Source: Mobula hypostoma (Eukaryota). Taken from it: a stretch of 64,000 nucleotides of DNA. The translations under genes and the position numbers were made by a program. This document shows, piece after piece, positions 60,002 through 64,000 of the stretch. The notes beneath the pieces are model-generated. The model saw only the letters and a list, made by a program, of their open reading frames with translations. It ran no database searches and was not told the origin of the DNA. Position 1 is the stretch's first letter, and every line of letters starts with the position of its first letter. The stretch covers positions 208,322,001-208,386,000 of the forward strand of contig NC_086097.1 of NCBI RefSeq assembly GCF_963921235.1, in the 5' to 3' direction.

Positions 60002-63000
60002 ACCACATCTCCTATTAGGGAATGAAACAAGGCAGGTAACAGAAGTTTGGGGAGAGGAGCACTTTTCATCTAGTGATCTAGTTTCAAGGTAATTATGGAA
60101 AAGAAGAGGTCTGGTCCTCAGGTTAAGACTTTAAACAGGGAACGGCCAATTTTTGATGGTATCAGAAAGGATCTGGCAAGTGTGGATGGGAACAGGTTGT
60201 GTTCTGGCAAAGGTGCACTTGTTAAGCGGGACTCCAGTATAGTCTTGGAACATAGGCTGTTCCATGTAGCCAACAAAAAGGCGGGCATAGCTGGAACCCA
60301 TGCAAGTACCCAGGGCTTCACCTTTCGTTTGAAGGAAGTCAGAGGGGCCAAAGGAGAAATTAAGAGTGAGGACAAGTTCCGCTAGACGGAGGAGAATGGT
60401 GGTGGAGGGGAACTGGTTGGTTCTGGTGTCCAGAAATAAATGGAGAGCTTTGAGGCCAACCTGGTGGGAGATGGAGGTGTATAGGGACTGGACATCCACA
60501 GTGAAAATAAGATGATGGGGGCCAGGGAACTGAAATTATTGAAAAGATACAGACAGTGTGAAGTGTCACGGATGTAGGTAGGAAGGGACTGAACTGGGGG
60601 GGGGGGATAAATAAATTACGCCTCACCAACATCTTATACAATTTCAACATAGCATCCCAACTCTTGTACTCAATACATTGATTTATGAAGGCCATTATGT
60701 CAAAAGCTTTCTCCGTTCTACCGTACTCCTCAGTGTTCTACTGCACACTGTGTAAAGCTTACCCTGGTTAGTCCTCCTGAAGTGTAGCTGTACCTCACAC
60801 TTGTCTGCGTTAAGTACCATCTCCCATCTTTACTACCATTTTTTCAGGTTGACCACATCCCACTGCAAGCTTAGTAGTCTTTCTCACTGTCCACTACATC
60901 CCTAATCTTGGTATCATCCTCAAATTTGCTGGTCCATTTTACCACATTATTATGCAGATCATTGTATGCATGACAAAAAGCAATGGACCCAGCACTGATC
61001 CTTGTAACACACCACAAGTCACAGGTCTCCAGTTAGAGGCAGCCATCTACTACTACCTCTCTGGCTTCTCCCATAAAGCCAATGTCTAATCCAATTTACT
61101 ATCCCAATCTTAAATGTCAAGCGACTGAACCTTCATGACCAACCTCTCATGTCAGACCTTGTCAAAGGCCTTGTTGAAGTCCATGAGAAAACATCCACTG
61201 CCTTCTTTCACCAACTTCCCTGGTAACTTCCTTGAAAAAAAGATTAATTAGTCATGACCTACCATGCACAAAGCCAAGTTGACTAATCAGTCACTGTCTA
61301 TCCAAATACTTATATATTCGGTCCCTTAGAATACCATTCAATAACTTTCCCATTACTGATGTCAGGCTCACTGGCCTGTAATTTTCTGGCTTATTCTTAC
61401 AGGCTTTCTTAAGCAACAGAACAACATTAGCTATCCCCCAATCCTCAGGGTCCTTACCCATGGCTAAAGATGTTTTAAATATCTCTGCTAAAACCTTTGC
61501 AATTTCTCAACTAGCCTCCCACAGGGTCCAAGGGAACACCTTGTTAGGCCCTGGGGATTTATGCAACATATTTTTCTCAAAGCAGCAAACACTTCCTCCT
61601 CTGTAATTTGTATAGAGTCCATAACCTTGCTGCTACTTTGCTTCATTTTTATAGATTCCGTGTCCTCGAACAGGAACCTGGACTATACCTCTTCCCACCC
61701 TGTTACTTGTAAAATCCTACCACCCCACCAACCTCCGCATGCAGCAGCACATTATCCTCTGGAACATTTCCCTTCTCCAACGGGATCCCACCACCAAGCA
61801 CCTCTTTCCCTCACCTCAATTTACTACTTTCCGCAGATATTGTCCATTCATCCCTCCCCACTGATCTCCCTTCTGGCACTTAGCCTTGCAAGCAGAACAA
61901 GTACAAATCTTCCTTCACTACCATTCAGAGTTCCAAAAAGCCCTTCCAGGTGAGCCAACACTTCAGCTGTGAGTCTGTTGGGGTCCGGTGCTCCCAGTGT
62001 GGCTTCCTGTATACCGGTGACACCTGATGTAGACTGGGAGACTGCTTTGCTGAGCACCTACACTCCATCCACCAGAAGAAATGGGATCTCCCAGTGGCCA
62101 CCCATTTTATCTCCACTTCTCATTCCCATTCCGATATGTCAATCCATGGCCGCCTCTACTGTCACGATAAGGCCACACTTAGGTTGGAGGAACAACACCT
62201 TTTATTCCGTCTGGGTAGCCTCCAACCTGATGACATGAACATAGATTTCTCAAACTTCCGGTAATGGCCCACCCCCCCCCCCACCTCCCCTTCACCATTC
62301 CCATCCCCTTTTCCCTCTCTCACCTATCTCCTTGTCTGCACTTCGCCTGCCTCTGGTGCTCCTCCCCACTTTTCTTCCTTCCATGGCCTTCTGTCCTCTC
62401 CTATCAGACTCCCCCTTCTCCAGCCCTGTATCTCTTTCACCGATCAACTTCTCAGCTCTTCATCCCTCCCTCTTCAGGTTTCACCTATCACCTTGTGTTT
62501 CTCTCCGCTCCCCCACCTTTTAAATCTACACCTCATCTTTTCTTCTTTCGTCCTGATGAAGGGTCTCAGCTCGAAACATCAACTGTACTTTTTTCCATAG
62601 ATGCTGCCTGGTCTACTGAGTTCCTCCAGCATTCTGTGTGTGTTGCTTGGAGTATTGTGTGCAGTTTTGGTCACTACGTACAGGAAAGATGTAAATAAGG
62701 TTGAAAGAGTACAGAGAAAACTTACAAGGGTATTGCCGGGACTTGAGGGAAAGGTTAAATAGGTTAGAACTTTATTTCCTAGAATGTAGAAGACTGAGGG
62801 GAGATTTGGTAGAGGTATACAAAATTATGAGGAATACAGATAGGGTAAATGCAAGCAGGCATTTTCTATTGAGGTTGGGTGTGGCTACAACTAGAGCTAA
62901 TCGTTCAAGGGTGAAAGATGAATTGTTTAAGCGGAACATGAGGTCACGTAGAAGGTGTTGAGAGTGTGGAACGAGTGGCCAGCGCAAGTGCTGCATGCGG

Positions 63001-63162
63001 GTTCAATTTTAACATTTCAAAAATTGGATAAGTACATGGATGGGAGGGGAATGGTCTGGGTGTAGTTCAATGGGACTGGGCAAATTAATGGTTCGGCACA
63101 AACCATATGGTCCAACAGGTCTATTTCTGTGCTGTAGAGTTCTACGATTCTATGATACTATG
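60002..63162 (+). mobile_element. CR1 in three pieces (60002-60230 +, 60612-61665 -, 62647-63162 +)
   Basis: The minus piece ends MLKLYKMLVRRNL and the plus piece at 62647 continues LEYCVQFW. Confidence 0.8.
60230..62648. mobile_element. Penelope-like element in two pieces: RT on - (60230-60611); GIY-YIG region plus 3' repeat on + (about 61670-62648)
   Basis: MDVQSLYTSI..KGEALGTCMGSSYARLFVGYME (Penelope RT); LDYTSSHP and CSQCGFLYTGDT (degenerate YIGET); hammerhead core CTGATGA..GAAAC at 62553-62577. Confidence 0.85.
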
Positions 63163-64000
63163 AATCTGCTCTGCCTTTCCCCCTAACTTTTGACACTCTT
63201 GCTAATCAAGAAGCTACCAACCTCCAGTACCCAATGACTGAGCCTCCAGAGCTGTCTGTGGCAATGAATTCCAAAGACTCACTATCTTCTAATTAAATAA
63301 ACTCTTTCTCATCTGTTTTAAATGTCCTTCTATTCTGAGGATATTCCCTCTGATGCTAGACTCTCCCACTATTAGAAACATCCTCTCCATGTCCACTCTA
63401 TCTAGGCTTTTCAATATTCAATAGGTTTCAATGAGATCCTTCCTCGTTCTTTTAAATTCCAGCATGTATAGGCTCAGAGCCATCTAATGCTCCTCCCACA
63501 TTAACTCTTTCATTCCTGGGATCATTTTTGTAAAACTTCTCTGGACCCTCTCCATTCCTTTCTTAAATATGGGGCCCAAAACTGGTCACAATATTCCAAA
63601 TGTGGTCAGAGCAATGCCTTAAAATGCCTCAGCATTACATCTTTGTTTCTATATTCTAGTCCTCTTGAAATGAATACCAACCTTGTATTTGCCTTCCTTA
63701 CTACCAACACAAGTAAAAATTCAAACCATGGCAGTGGCCATAAAGGGACACACGAACAGTACACTGTGCCAAGTTAAATTCGAAGCTAAATTAGAAATAC
63801 CGGAACAACAAGGGAAGAATCATGATTATATAGTATTCTCCACTGTAACAGATGAGGAAATGTTTACACAGTCAAAAGGCAGAACTGCAAGTTCTTGTAC
63901 TCGTGAGAATGTATTTATTGGAGAATGTATCAGGACAAACTGATTGTTCTGAAGTGAAAAGCATTTATTATTTAGCTACTTTTGTGAAATGTTCGTGTAG

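Larger units (their letters stand above)
59957..63710 (-). mobile_element. Old CR1 3' fragment (59957-60001 and 63163-63710) split by a younger CR1/Penelope block
   Basis: The 3' tail accataagatataggagcagaattaggcc continues as gaatctgctctgcc at 63163; gaat is duplicated at both junctions. Confidence 0.7.

Overview
Vertebrate genomic DNA, probably a cartilaginous fish (inferred from V-SINE/HE1-like SINEs, CR1 LINEs with 8-nt tails and abundant Penelope repeats). It holds the 3' parts of two convergent genes. On + are the last three coding exons of an RZ-subfamily RGS gene (14658-14744, 20826-21060, 37296-37484; RGS19 favoured, RGS20 not excluded). On - are the last three coding exons of a TFIIS gene (55599-55453, 53788-53717, 50711-50703; TCEA2 favoured, TCEA1 not excluded). 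Much of the rest is transposable elements: nested CR1 LINEs (one with an uninterrupted 999-codon ORF2), an RTE, Rex1/L2-like LINEs, V-SINEs, Tc1 and Tigger DNA transposons, and Penelope elements carrying minimal hammerhead ribozymes. The main finding is that all four diverged CR1 families with a visible ORF1/ORF2 junction end ORF1 with the slippery heptamer T TTA AAC directly before the stop codon. ORF2 lies in the -1 frame in the three copies that can be checked, and the two best-preserved copies have no in-frame AUG until deep in the endonuclease domain. This points to ORF2 expression by -1 programmed ribosomal frameshifting. Boundaries of old repeats are approximate, and everything was read by eye without searches.
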